DNA of 15,427 nucleotides from Candidatus Heimdallarchaeota archaeon (GTDB lineage: Archaea; Asgardarchaeota; Heimdallarchaeia; JABLTI01). Positions 7,400 through 15,427 of the stretch are shown one piece after another. The position numbers were made by a program, and so were the translations under genes. Every line of letters starts with the position of its first letter. Position 1 is the stretch's first letter. Where the stretch lies: positions 1-15,427 of the forward strand of contig JAUWKS010000070.1 in NCBI GenBank assembly GCA_030614005.1, in the 5' to 3' direction. A model generated the notes under the pieces. It worked only from the letters and a program-made list of their open reading frames with translations. It was not told the DNA's origin and did not search any database.

Positions 7400-7708
7400 T
7401 TATGCTGATTTTACTATCTCGACACCACGAGATCTTGGATAATTTCTAACCCAAGTAGCTTTGCATACTTCACAGGTTAAACGTAAATCGACTTTTTGTG
7501 AAGTCTTTGAAGCCATTTTAGATTGGCTGATAGCTTTCTTTGAGTACTTTCCTTTGTTGCCAGCACCTTTTTTGTTTCTGATGGCACGTCTAGTACCCGC
7601 TACCATTCCACTACCACGTCTTCCGCCTTTTTCTTGCCTTACGGTCATATTGGTGTGTTTTCCACATTTAGGACAATGGGTACGCATTTTTGCAGGAATT
7701 TTAACCAT
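7400..7708 (-). CDS. rpl44e: 50S ribosomal protein L44e (eL42)
   Basis: RTHCPKCGKHT...KVDLRLTCEVCK Zn-ribbon in a basic 102-aa protein. Confidence 0.93.
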   Translation of the reverse strand: MVKIPAKMRTHCPKCGKHTNMTVRQEKGGRRGSGMVAGTRRAIRNKKGAGNKGKYSKKAISQSKMASKTSQKVDLRLTCEVCKATWVRNYPRSRGVEIVKSA

Positions 7709-7788
7709 TTGCTACAATCTCCAGCTTAATTCGCTAACTGTATGCTTTTCGGGACAAAATCCGTATTTAAAAGTTAGCATAGTAAAGG

Positions 7789-7811
7789 TAAAGCTTTCAC
7801 AGAAAGCTTTA
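7789..7811. promoter_or_regulatory. Perfect 23-bp palindrome upstream of the rpl44e promoter
   Basis: TAAAGCTTTC-ACA-GAAAGCTTTA; a minus-strand TATA-like TTTTAAAT lies at 7772-7765. Confidence 0.4.
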
Positions 7812-7838
7812 GTTAAAAAATCTTCGGTCTTTGCTTAA

Positions 7839-8702
7839 TTAAGTATAAAATAGGAAATAATATGCCACTACCTCTATAGTCACATCATAGCTACTTACAG
7901 CAGCAGGTTTAGCAAAATTCAAGACTCGTTCAAAGGGGGAAAATCCTGGTGCGATTGATCCATCTACATAGAAATCAGTAGAAATAGTTGCCGAATCAGT
8001 AAATAACGTCTCTGATTCATTATGATGTATATTCAGAGTGTTATAGGAACTAATCATGAATTTTGTTCCAATTATATCCATTATTATCAAGCTAATCGTA
8101 ATTGATAGAACATCGTTTGTTTGATCATACCAATAATACAAACTGACTCGATAATTCAATTCTATTTTCATTATATCTGTTTCAGGTCTAATTATAGTCA
8201 GGTTAGTTAATCCTTGATAAGATGATGAGTCTGAATTGTTTACAAAGAAATTATTTTGTATATCTGGACCTTTCAAGTATTTGTGAGTATTAACATTTAT
8301 AGCGCTACCTTGCCTTCCAATCATCCAGAAAGCAAATGCGCCCATATTATTGTAACTGTAAGAATTGCTAAATGTACTACCTTCATCTGCAAACTGTAAA
8401 GAAGCATTTTTCCCTGTTTCATATTGATAATACCCAAAGAAACTATCGACATTGACTGCTGTTGTTGAACCTGGTCCGTCACTCAACAAGCCATAGATTT
8501 CATTGTCAACACTTAACATATACGAAGAAACACTATTTATCGCGTTATCAGTTTGAAATTGCTTATAGGTTGGGTACAAATATCCCCAAACAACACCAAT
8601 AGCTGCTATAAACATAAAAATCATCATAATAGCAGCAAGAGTCTCGGATACTGCTTGTCTATCCTTGAATATTCTTTTTAAGAGCTTCAGTGAGTTTGCC
8701 AA
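7839..8702 (-). CDS. Protein with a class III signal peptide (type IV pilin/archaellin-like N-terminus)
   Basis: Basic N-terminus KRIFKDRQA, then VSETLAAIMMIFMFIAAIGVVW hydrophobic helix and a beta-rich remainder. Confidence 0.75.
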   Translation of the reverse strand: MANSLKLLKRIFKDRQAVSETLAAIMMIFMFIAAIGVVWGYLYPTYKQFQTDNAINSVSSYMLSVDNEIYGLLSDGPGSTTAVNVDSFFGYYQYETGKNASLQFADEGSTFSNSYSYNNMGAFAFWMIGRQGSAINVNTHKYLKGPDIQNNFFVNNSDSSSYQGLTNLTIIRPETDIMKIELNYRVSLYYWYDQTNDVLSITISLIIMDIIGTKFMISSYNTLNIHHNESETLFTDSATISTDFYVDGSIAPGFSPFERVLNFAKPAAVSSYDVTIEVVAYYFLFYT

Positions 8703-8814
8703 ATTTCTCGTACTCCTTAATATGAAAGTGGATCAATGGGAAGTATTTTTCGATTAGTAATATAGAGCATTTTTTTATTTATTAGTTCTTTGTTTGTGGT
8801 TCTATCAAGGTTGA

Positions 8815-9513
8815 CTAATATTTGGCAAGAATCATTGCGTGATCTTTCTCTAGAGGATGCAAATCTACTGCTTCTATATTCTCAAACCCTTCAGCTTCAA
8901 TGATATTCATTTGTTGTTTGTAAACTACAGAAGGATTCTTTGTTGCGCTTATACTTCTAGACTTAACAGCAAGCATTAGATATCCTCCTTTTTTAAGGAA
9001 CATCTTTGCATTCTCAGTGATAATCTTCCCTTGATCTGGCTGGGCAACATCACAATAGACGACATCAACTTGATCAACAACATTTTCATAATTTCGTGGG
9101 ATACGAGCATCATCTAGAATGGGCAGCATATTTTCTCGTTTTTCGCAAAGAAAAACTAAATCCCTTATTGATCTTGGTGAAAATTCCACACAAAACTCGA
9201 ATCCTTGTTTACCAAGAATGTCAGATACATGACTCGGAGTAGTGCCTGAAGCTGCACCTAAATAGAGAACCTTTGCTCCTGGAACAATGGGACATTTTTT
9301 TAATCCTTTAACAAGCGCAGCGGCTAATTTCGATCTTGTTGGATCCCATAAACGATATTCATCTTTACCATCTGGCACCAAATCTTCACCATAGACTTGA
9401 TGTCCTGGTGTTAGATTTTTAGTAGCAATACGTCTGGATCCATCCCGAAAGAACACATTATAAATTTCATCAAATGATTTGTATTTCTTAATTTCCATGT
9501 AATTCACCTTCAA
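8815..9513 (-). CDS. flpA: Fibrillarin-like rRNA/tRNA 2'-O-methyltransferase
   Basis: Motifs YRLWDPTRSKLAAA, VLYLGAASGTTPSHVSD, VEFSPR and DVAQPDQ. Confidence 0.97.
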   Translation of the reverse strand: MKVNYMEIKKYKSFDEIYNVFFRDGSRRIATKNLTPGHQVYGEDLVPDGKDEYRLWDPTRSKLAAALVKGLKKCPIVPGAKVLYLGAASGTTPSHVSDILGKQGFEFCVEFSPRSIRDLVFLCEKRENMLPILDDARIPRNYENVVDQVDVVYCDVAQPDQGKIITENAKMFLKKGGYLMLAVKSRSISATKNPSVVYKQQMNIIEAEGFENIEAVDLHPLEKDHAMILAKY

Positions 9514-9518
9514 ATCCC

Positions 9519-10781
9519 TTATCTTCTTCTTGGGGGACGTCCTCCACTTTTATGTTTACCATTTGATTTTGACTGTCTTGGCCTCTGACTTGAATGCGGT
9601 CTCGTTCTAGGAGTTTGCATTCTCTTCGATTTGTCGGGAGGTTCTGGATATTTGGTTTTTATTTCATTGATCTTTGCGTTCAAATCTTTAGCAATTTCTT
9701 TAGAATTATCAACAGCCTCAAAGAAATCCATTCGAGCAGCTATTGATAACCTACCTGCAATTACTCGAGCAATTTTTCCTCTAAGCCACCATTTTGACTG
9801 ATTTAATTTTGGGTCTTGGAAAATAATGCCATGTTTTGGAGGAGGAGCGCCTGTTTTAATGGTACGATAAAGTGCTTTCTCTGCACCCAGTATTTGTATT
9901 TTACTTGATGGGGAAAAAGCAAGACTTCTGAGGCTACCTGACAATGCTATTAACCGAGCACCAATAAGAGCACTTGTAACACCACACATATTTGGTGCTA
10001 TTGTAGTCATTGTTTCTTCCATCCACTTCTCTAAATCTATTCTTCTAACATACAAGTCAGCAACTACTTTAGCTTGCTTTTTAATAATTTCAATGTCTCG
10101 ATCAAGAAGAGTTGAGCCCATCGATTTTTCTCTTGCATCAAGTATACTCTGTGCTTTTTTAGCGGGGAGATGAAGCTCATCAACAAGTAATTTTTTATCA
10201 ATATTTGACTTGTCGCCAGTTTTGCTAACAATTATTGCAAAAGTATTATGATTTTCTATTGCATCAGCCAATTCCGGAAAATGCATTCCGTAAAATTCAC
10301 GCAATCTACCAGCGAATAAATTAAGTGTTTTATCAATGTCATCTATTGTTTCAATTGCATGAACAACCAATCTATCTCTCTTTTCTGCTGCTTGTCTAAC
10401 TCTTTCTCGAGTTACTAAAAGATTAACTTCTCGCAGAAACCTTCTGTATTTGTAATCATCAGAGAATAAACCAGAATTTACAACTTGATCTACGATTTCT
10501 TTGTGGAATTTATCGATTATTGGGTTATCGTAATTTCCTAAAACTTTGAATCCTTTTCCGGAGAGAGTCCTTCCTATATCTGGACGTTGAACTGAAATTT
10601 CATCGCTTTTGTGTTCCTTTAGCATTTCAGCTAGTTCTTTTGGAAGCTCTCCTCCATCCAACAAAACTAGTTTTTCAGCTATTTTTGTTGGGTCGAGCTC
10701 AAAATAACGAACATCAATGATGTTGCCCTCTTCATCCAAGAGAACGGGTCCCACATATGAAATTGCAAGATAAGTTTTCAT
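9519..10781 (-). CDS. nop5: Nop5 (Nop56/58) box C/D RNP protein
   Basis: Motifs RLREFYGMHFPEL, IQILGAEKALYR, PPKHGIIFQ and RGKIAR, with a basic C-terminal tail; adjacent to fibrillarin. Confidence 0.96.
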   Translation of the reverse strand: MKTYLAISYVGPVLLDEEGNIIDVRYFELDPTKIAEKLVLLDGGELPKELAEMLKEHKSDEISVQRPDIGRTLSGKGFKVLGNYDNPIIDKFHKEIVDQVVNSGLFSDDYKYRRFLREVNLLVTRERVRQAAEKRDRLVVHAIETIDDIDKTLNLFAGRLREFYGMHFPELADAIENHNTFAIIVSKTGDKSNIDKKLLVDELHLPAKKAQSILDAREKSMGSTLLDRDIEIIKKQAKVVADLYVRRIDLEKWMEETMTTIAPNMCGVTSALIGARLIALSGSLRSLAFSPSSKIQILGAEKALYRTIKTGAPPPKHGIIFQDPKLNQSKWWLRGKIARVIAGRLSIAARMDFFEAVDNSKEIAKDLNAKINEIKTKYPEPPDKSKRMQTPRTRPHSSQRPRQSKSNGKHKSGGRPPRRR

Positions 10782-10876
10782 TTTGCTTTACTCCAATGTT
10801 ACAATACCAAAAGATTTAGTACTTGAATGTAAATTTTCCGATTGAATTTTATTAAAAAGTTTCCCCCAATATCAAT

Positions 10877-11626
10877 TTATCGTTTTAAAAGCATTTCAAC
10901 GAATATTGGTAATGTTTCCTCACTTTTTCCTTCTATATATGAGTCTGCAATACTGACATGTTCAGTTTCTTCGTAATTAAAGACGATTATTTTTGCACCC
11001 TTCCTTTTAGATATGATGGGCAAACCAGCAGCTGGATACACCTCTGCACTTGTTCCTACTATCAAAACTAAATTTGCCTTATTTGCAATATCAAAAGACT
11101 TGGTAATTTCTTCTTCAGGCAATGTTTCGTTAAATAAAGTAACATCAGGTCTCATCATACCACCACATGAGCACATAGGAGGTACTACTTTTGGTGTTTC
11201 TATTAATTGTTGAGGTTTACCACAAACAATACATTTGATCCTAGCTAGATTACCGTGAACTTCAATAACATTTTTCGAACCAGCTTTTTGATGCAATGAA
11301 TCAACATTCTGAGTAATAATGTGATGACAATATCCATTCTTTTCTAATTCGACTATTGCCTTGTGCGCTGCATTAGGTTTTGCATTGAATATTTGATGGA
11401 TACCTTCCTGGTACATTTTCCATATTTTTGTAGGGTTTCTCATCCATCCTTCTAAAGTGGCTACTTCTTCAAAATCATAAGTATCCCATAATCCATCTTC
11501 ACCACGAAATGTTGGAATACCAGATCCTTTTGAAACACCTGCACCTGTAAGCACATAACTCTGAATTTGTTCTTTGGCTTCAAGTTCTTTCACAAGCGTA
11601 ACTGCATTTGTTATTTTTTTGAGCAT
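10877..11626 (-). CDS. cobB: Sir2/CobB-family NAD-dependent protein deacylase
   Basis: Motifs TGAGVS..SGIPTFRG, ITQNVDSLH, HG, CxxC...CxC, RPDVTLFNE and GTSAEVYPAA. Confidence 0.95.
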   Translation of the reverse strand: MLKKITNAVTLVKELEAKEQIQSYVLTGAGVSKGSGIPTFRGEDGLWDTYDFEEVATLEGWMRNPTKIWKMYQEGIHQIFNAKPNAAHKAIVELEKNGYCHHIITQNVDSLHQKAGSKNVIEVHGNLARIKCIVCGKPQQLIETPKVVPPMCSCGGMMRPDVTLFNETLPEEEITKSFDIANKANLVLIVGTSAEVYPAAGLPIISKRKGAKIIVFNYEETEHVSIADSYIEGKSEETLPIFVEMLLKR

Positions 11627-11753
11627 AATGAATAAACACCTTATCTAAAAGGAAGAATACCTATTAGAAAATTTTTTCCTCGAAAAATCTCAAATAGCTT
11701 TGAAAAACTAAAGAAAAGAAGAAAAAGGAATGAATTCGCTTGAAGCGATTTCC

Positions 11754-12716
11754 TTAAGCCTTGAATTTGAAATGAATTGCACCGTGAGGACAAGCATCCA
11801 AACAGTTTCCACAATTAGTACAGTTTTCATCTCTGACTCGTTCATAACTATAGTCCAAGATAGGTACTTGCATTGCTGTTGTCTCGCACATATCCTCGCA
11901 GGAGCCACATCGTGTGCATCTTGCCGGATTTCTAGCAATACCAATTAAACTGTATTTTGCTGTAAAGCCCATTGCGTATCCAGTTGGACAAACATATCGA
12001 CAATAGAATCTTGGAACAAAGATACTTACAACGATTACTGCAAGTAAAATGATTACTCTAAAGTAGAACATAAATGTCCAGTTGCCTATTTGAAAATCTT
12101 CTGCACCTGGATAGTTACCATTGAAAATCATGTAAAAGAACATAACAAACAATGTTGCTACAGGGTTCAAAGGTGTCCATGGCTGGCTATCAAAGAAGCT
12201 GAAACTACCTTGAAGGCTTTCACCTACTAGATATCTATAACCAAGGAAGCCAGCAATGATTACTGCTGCCCAGAAAATAACTGCTCGAATGTCTCTTAAG
12301 CCTTTGTTAAGAGGTTTGGATATTTTCCATTTCTTAACTGGAACTAGTCTGAGAAGATCTTGGAAGAAACCGAAGGGACAAACCCAACCACAAAGCATTC
12401 TGCCAAATATACCACCAATTAGTAAGCTTACTCCAAATACCAGAAACGGAAACGTTCCCTGTGATATGAATGCTTGAAATGCTTCAAAACCACTTACAAT
12501 AGTTGTAAATGGGTTAGCACTTGGCTGCTCTATAGGTAAAGGTATTTGTGTCCATCCTAAACCAATCAAACCACCGTTGAGCAATACGAATGAGAAAATT
12601 TGAACGATCCATCTTAAAAGGCGGACTTTTCTGGAATTCATTGCATCAAGTACGCGTAGGCTAAATGTTTTAATTTTGTTGTCTTTAGAAGAACGTGTGC
12701 CCATGTTGATTTTCAC
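11754..12716 (-). CDS. Membrane 4Fe-4S binding protein (NapH/MauN-like polyferredoxin)
   Basis: TM helices, two CxxxCP motifs (CGWVCP, CRYVCP) and two CxxCxxCxxxC motifs at the C-terminus. Confidence 0.9.
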   Translation of the reverse strand: MKINMGTRSSKDNKIKTFSLRVLDAMNSRKVRLLRWIVQIFSFVLLNGGLIGLGWTQIPLPIEQPSANPFTTIVSGFEAFQAFISQGTFPFLVFGVSLLIGGIFGRMLCGWVCPFGFFQDLLRLVPVKKWKISKPLNKGLRDIRAVIFWAAVIIAGFLGYRYLVGESLQGSFSFFDSQPWTPLNPVATLFVMFFYMIFNGNYPGAEDFQIGNWTFMFYFRVIILLAVIVVSIFVPRFYCRYVCPTGYAMGFTAKYSLIGIARNPARCTRCGSCEDMCETTAMQVPILDYSYERVRDENCTNCGNCLDACPHGAIHFKFKA

Positions 12717-12736
12717 CGCATTTTCTTTGATTGTTT

Positions 12737-12922
12737 TTAAATTGCTTTAGGTAGTGGTATTCCAGCTAAATATTGCTCAAGAAAGTCTTCTAAAGCAGCA
12801 ACAGCTGTTGGATCAATGTTAAACAGATTTACTATTTCATCTTGTAATCCCAATACAAGTCCAATTGTTAACGAAATCGTTCCAATTGCAATGATTAGGA
12901 TAAGCCATGATCTTGGTTTCAA
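12737..12922 (-). CDS. Small single-TM hypothetical protein
   Basis: 61 aa with an N-terminal TM helix and a GGTG SD-like site before the TTG start; co-oriented 20 bp upstream of the 4Fe-4S gene. Confidence 0.6.
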   Translation of the reverse strand: MKPRSWLILIIAIGTISLTIGLVLGLQDEIVNLFNIDPTAVAALEDFLEQYLAGIPLPKAI

Positions 12923-13150
12923 TTTCTACACCACGAATGTTCCAGAAATTACTTTTTCTCTGAACTAATGCTGTTAAGAAAGTTTGCCTTTAAAATATTT
13001 TTCCTCGCTTCTCTGAATAACGACTATTAGCTGAGATTATTTCATTTTCAGCTTATATACCATTAAAGTCACTTCAATTCCCTCCAGATAAAGGTATTAT
13101 TTGAAATAGAAAGAATTTGAGACCAGAGGTTTTCATTATTATTGAAGAAA

Positions 13151-13381
13151 TTATTTTTGTCTCTTTGCTTTGAACAATGGAGACAGATACATCTCTTGCT
13201 CATTTCTATTTTTAACCATCATTTGAGCTTGCTGATGATTTTCTGCAAAAACAACTTTTACCGGATCTATTTTGAATTGTTTTTCACAACGACTGCAAAA
13301 ACGTGATTTTTGTTTTGTTTTAGCATAGGTCCATTTCCCACATTTTGGGCAACGAATAACTATGAATTCTTTAAAGTTCAA
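13151..13381 (-). CDS. Small Zn-ribbon protein (DUF1922-like)
   Basis: VIRCPKCGKWTYAK...RFCSRCEKQF, with two CxxC motifs. Confidence 0.78.
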   Translation of the reverse strand: MNFKEFIVIRCPKCGKWTYAKTKQKSRFCSRCEKQFKIDPVKVVFAENHQQAQMMVKNRNEQEMYLSPLFKAKRQK

Positions 13382-13415
13382 GAACTATCCTCACGTTTTG
13401 CGTAAACATAATAAT

Positions 13416-13832
13416 TCACTTGTCACCCATTACAGTAACAATAATCTTTCTTTCACGACCGCGAGTGTCAAGCTCTAAAAAGACTATTTGTTGCCATGTG
13501 CCTAAGATCGGTGCTTTTTTGGTAACAGGCAGTGTTATTTCTGGTGATAACATTGTAGCCCGAAGATGACTGTGCGCATTATCATCTTGATGGTCATGTT
13601 GGTACCCAACACCCTTTGGAATTAGTTTTTTGAGAAGGTTAATCGTATCTTCAACCATTCTAGGTTCATATTCCATTGTAGAAATTGCCCCGGTAGCACC
13701 AGGAACAAAAACATTAACCAAACCATTCTTTATACCAGAATCTTTGACCACATTTCTGACATTCAAAGTAATATCAAAAATCTGAATCTCGCCTTCAGTA
13801 TCCAAATCAATTTCAGCTGAGTAGACTACCAT
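13416..13832 (-). CDS. yjbQ: YjbQ/UPF0047 family protein
   Basis: Motifs FVPGATGAI, YQHD...NAHSHLRA and LGTWQQIVFLELD. Confidence 0.93.
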   Translation of the reverse strand: MVVYSAEIDLDTEGEIQIFDITLNVRNVVKDSGIKNGLVNVFVPGATGAISTMEYEPRMVEDTINLLKKLIPKGVGYQHDHQDDNAHSHLRATMLSPEITLPVTKKAPILGTWQQIVFLELDTRGRERKIIVTVMGDK

Positions 13833-13920
13833 TATTCAGTACCCTCTGAGATATCTGTAATAATCAATGATATTAATCTATCTCAAAATAGCAGGTGATA
13901 TGGTCAGCTTATTATTGACC

Positions 13921-14073
13921 TTATCGTTTTTTGTTATCCCAAAGTTCTTTTCTCAATAGATCTCTAATCGCGACCCTTATTGCTTCAGATCTGCTTGGAT
14001 ATACCCCCAACCGCACCAAATCGTCTAGTCCTTCAAGAGAGTTTTCGGGAATCTTTACTGAAATTAAGTTCAT
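13921..14073 (-). CDS. Ribbon-helix-helix (CopG/CdrS-like) transcription regulator, 50 aa, absent from the ORF track
   Basis: Manual translation [50 protein letters not shown], containing the RHH signature YPSRSEAIR. Confidence 0.88.
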   Translation of the reverse strand: MNLISVKIPENSLEGLDDLVRLGVYPSRSEAIRVAIRDLLRKELWDNKKR

Positions 14074-14328
14074 TGTTTCATCGTACACCTTTTAAAAATG
14101 GATTATCTGGAAGAGAACCCTCCAATGGTAATACGAATCTTTGCAAAACCAATACTTAAATCCTTTGAGGATGAAAAGAAAAAAAATAGTGTAAAGTAAA
14201 TCCATTTGCTTGGTAGCGCTTCCTAAGAAAATAATTTCATTCATTCTTAAAAGATTAACATTTAGACCATTCTATACTCGTATTTGTAGAAAAATTTTAT
14301 TTCCTGAAATACCAATAATAGATATGGG

Positions 14329-14970
14329 GTGAGCATTATTATAAAAAGGATGAATAAGATAAATTGGATCAGTGTAATAATTATTTTAATTATTTTTACT
14401 AGCACTTGCAAAACAAAAGGTGTTTTTGAATTAAATAGTCCGATTGATACAGAAATTACAAACCTTGCTTGGACAAATACAGAATATTCTTACCCAGGAG
14501 AAGGATATTCGTACTTCAATTTCACAATTGATTATAATATAATCAACCCCTCATATCAAACAGTTACTATAACTATACCATATTGCAATCTAGGTTTCTT
14601 GGCTAATGTAACAGTTGATTTTGTGGATGAGAATTTGGAAGTCTATAATTATGGATATATTGGTTTATGTGCTATAGGTTATATTGACGTTGAACCAGGT
14701 ATTACTAATGTAGTAACTGGATATATGTTAGCTATAAATGAAACAGGATTAACAATTCTACCTGATGGCATCTATACAATATGGATCTTCTGTTATGGAG
14801 TATCTGATGTAACATTTAGTGAAACTATTCTGAAAATGGAAAATGGTATAGCTAATATTACCTATGGTAGTGTACCTTCTGTTTCAATTGGATTCCCGAT
14901 TCCAACTTTAGTACTGTTAGGAAGCGTTATCATTTCGGCTGTAATAGTTATTAGAAAACGAAGTAAATAG
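14329..14970 (+). CDS. Secreted/surface protein with C-terminal membrane anchor; possible start ATG at 14350
   Basis: N-terminal hydrophobic signal, Asn/Thr-rich beta-like body with N-x-S/T sequons, C-terminal TM helix and RKRSK tail. Confidence 0.8.
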   Translation: MSIIIKRMNKINWISVIIILIIFTSTCKTKGVFELNSPIDTEITNLAWTNTEYSYPGEGYSYFNFTIDYNIINPSYQTVTITIPYCNLGFLANVTVDFVDENLEVYNYGYIGLCAIGYIDVEPGITNVVTGYMLAINETGLTILPDGIYTIWIFCYGVSDVTFSETILKMENGIANITYGSVPSVSIGFPIPTLVLLGSVIISAVIVIRKRSK

Positions 14971-15112
14971 GTAATATCTGTCTTTAATAGTACCAAGTTG
15001 TTTCGCTTATTGTGAAAATTCTTGTTTTCATTTTTTTCTTAAGAAAAGGAATATTATTTGCTGAATAGGAAGAAATATTAAGCAAAAATATCGGTTAAAA
15101 AAACAACCTCTA

Positions 15113-15189
15113 GCCGTTGTGGCTTAGCTCGGTAAAGCATTTGATTCGTAATCAAAGGATCGCGGGTTCAAATCCCGTCAGCGGCTCCA
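15113..15189 (+). tRNA. tRNA-Thr (anticodon CGT), intron-less, CCA encoded
   Basis: Acceptor GCCGTTG/CAGCGGC, anticodon arm TTTGA-TTCGTAA-TCAAA, T-arm GCGGG-TTCAAAT-CCCGT, discriminator T followed by CCA. Confidence 0.97.
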
Positions 15190-15193
15190 CTTT

Positions 15194-15427
15194 TTATTTT
15201 TGTAATTTTTTTAACACAGACATCTGTTCTTTCAATATTGCTTGTTGAACTTCGGCTAATTTTGCTGCTTCTGTTTTATTCATTTGAGAGTAGTGTTCAA
15301 GCATATTTGCCATAAATTTTAGATATGCTTTCAATTGAATTTCTAGATTTGACACTACATCCTCAATTAGTTTTAATCCATTATCAGAAATGATATAACC
15401 ATATGGTTGTTTTGCATGTAGTTTTAG
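15194..15427 (-). CDS. 3' part of a CDS running off the window (helical; possibly PadR/wHTH-like C-terminus)
   Basis: Open frame LKLHAKQPYGYIISDNGLKLIEDVVSNLEIQ...KEQMSVLKKLQK*, with its stop ending 4 nt from the tRNA CCA. Confidence 0.65.
   Translation of the reverse strand, partial: LKLHAKQPYGYIISDNGLKLIEDVVSNLEIQLKAYLKFMANMLEHYSQMNKTEAAKLAEVQQAILKEQMSVLKKLQK

Noticed and set aside
1658-12477. Remaining short overlapping ORFs (1658-1894, 1717-2118, 2431-2667, 3536-3766, 4512-4730, 4831-5031, 6498-6809, 7461-7838, 11013-11213, 11708-11944, 11730-11948, 12256-12477)
   Set aside because: They lie antisense or out of frame within clearly recognised genes and have no recognisable motifs.
14098-14199. 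33-aa plus-strand ORF MDYLEENPPMVIRIFAKPILKSFEDEKKKNSVK
   Set aside because: Short, no motif, and overlaps the upstream region of the RHH gene.

Overview
AT-rich archaeal chromosomal window. An Asgard (Heimdallarchaeia-like) origin is inferred from the gene set and a eukaryote-like 5S loop C; this was not confirmed by any search. Housekeeping content: rpl44e, a PAC2 proteasome chaperone, nop5-fibrillarin, a Sir2/CobB deacylase, Mrp/NBP35, a TusA/DsrE2 plus DsrEFH sulfur-relay cluster, YjbQ, a membrane polyferredoxin, surface proteins, a TnpB remnant and tRNA-Thr(CGT). The main discovery is on the minus strand at 842-998: a stand-alone, circularly permuted 5S rRNA gene. The 3' half of 5S precedes the 5' half, and helix I is capped by a UGCG tetraloop. 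The unit is enclosed by a 15-pair processing stem ending in a bulge-helix-bulge-like motif. Canonical cleavage and ligation of that motif would give an exactly 120-nt circle that restores the conserved CCGGAA|GUUAAGC junction. A second, unidentified ~295-nt structured element (15-309) lies next to it.
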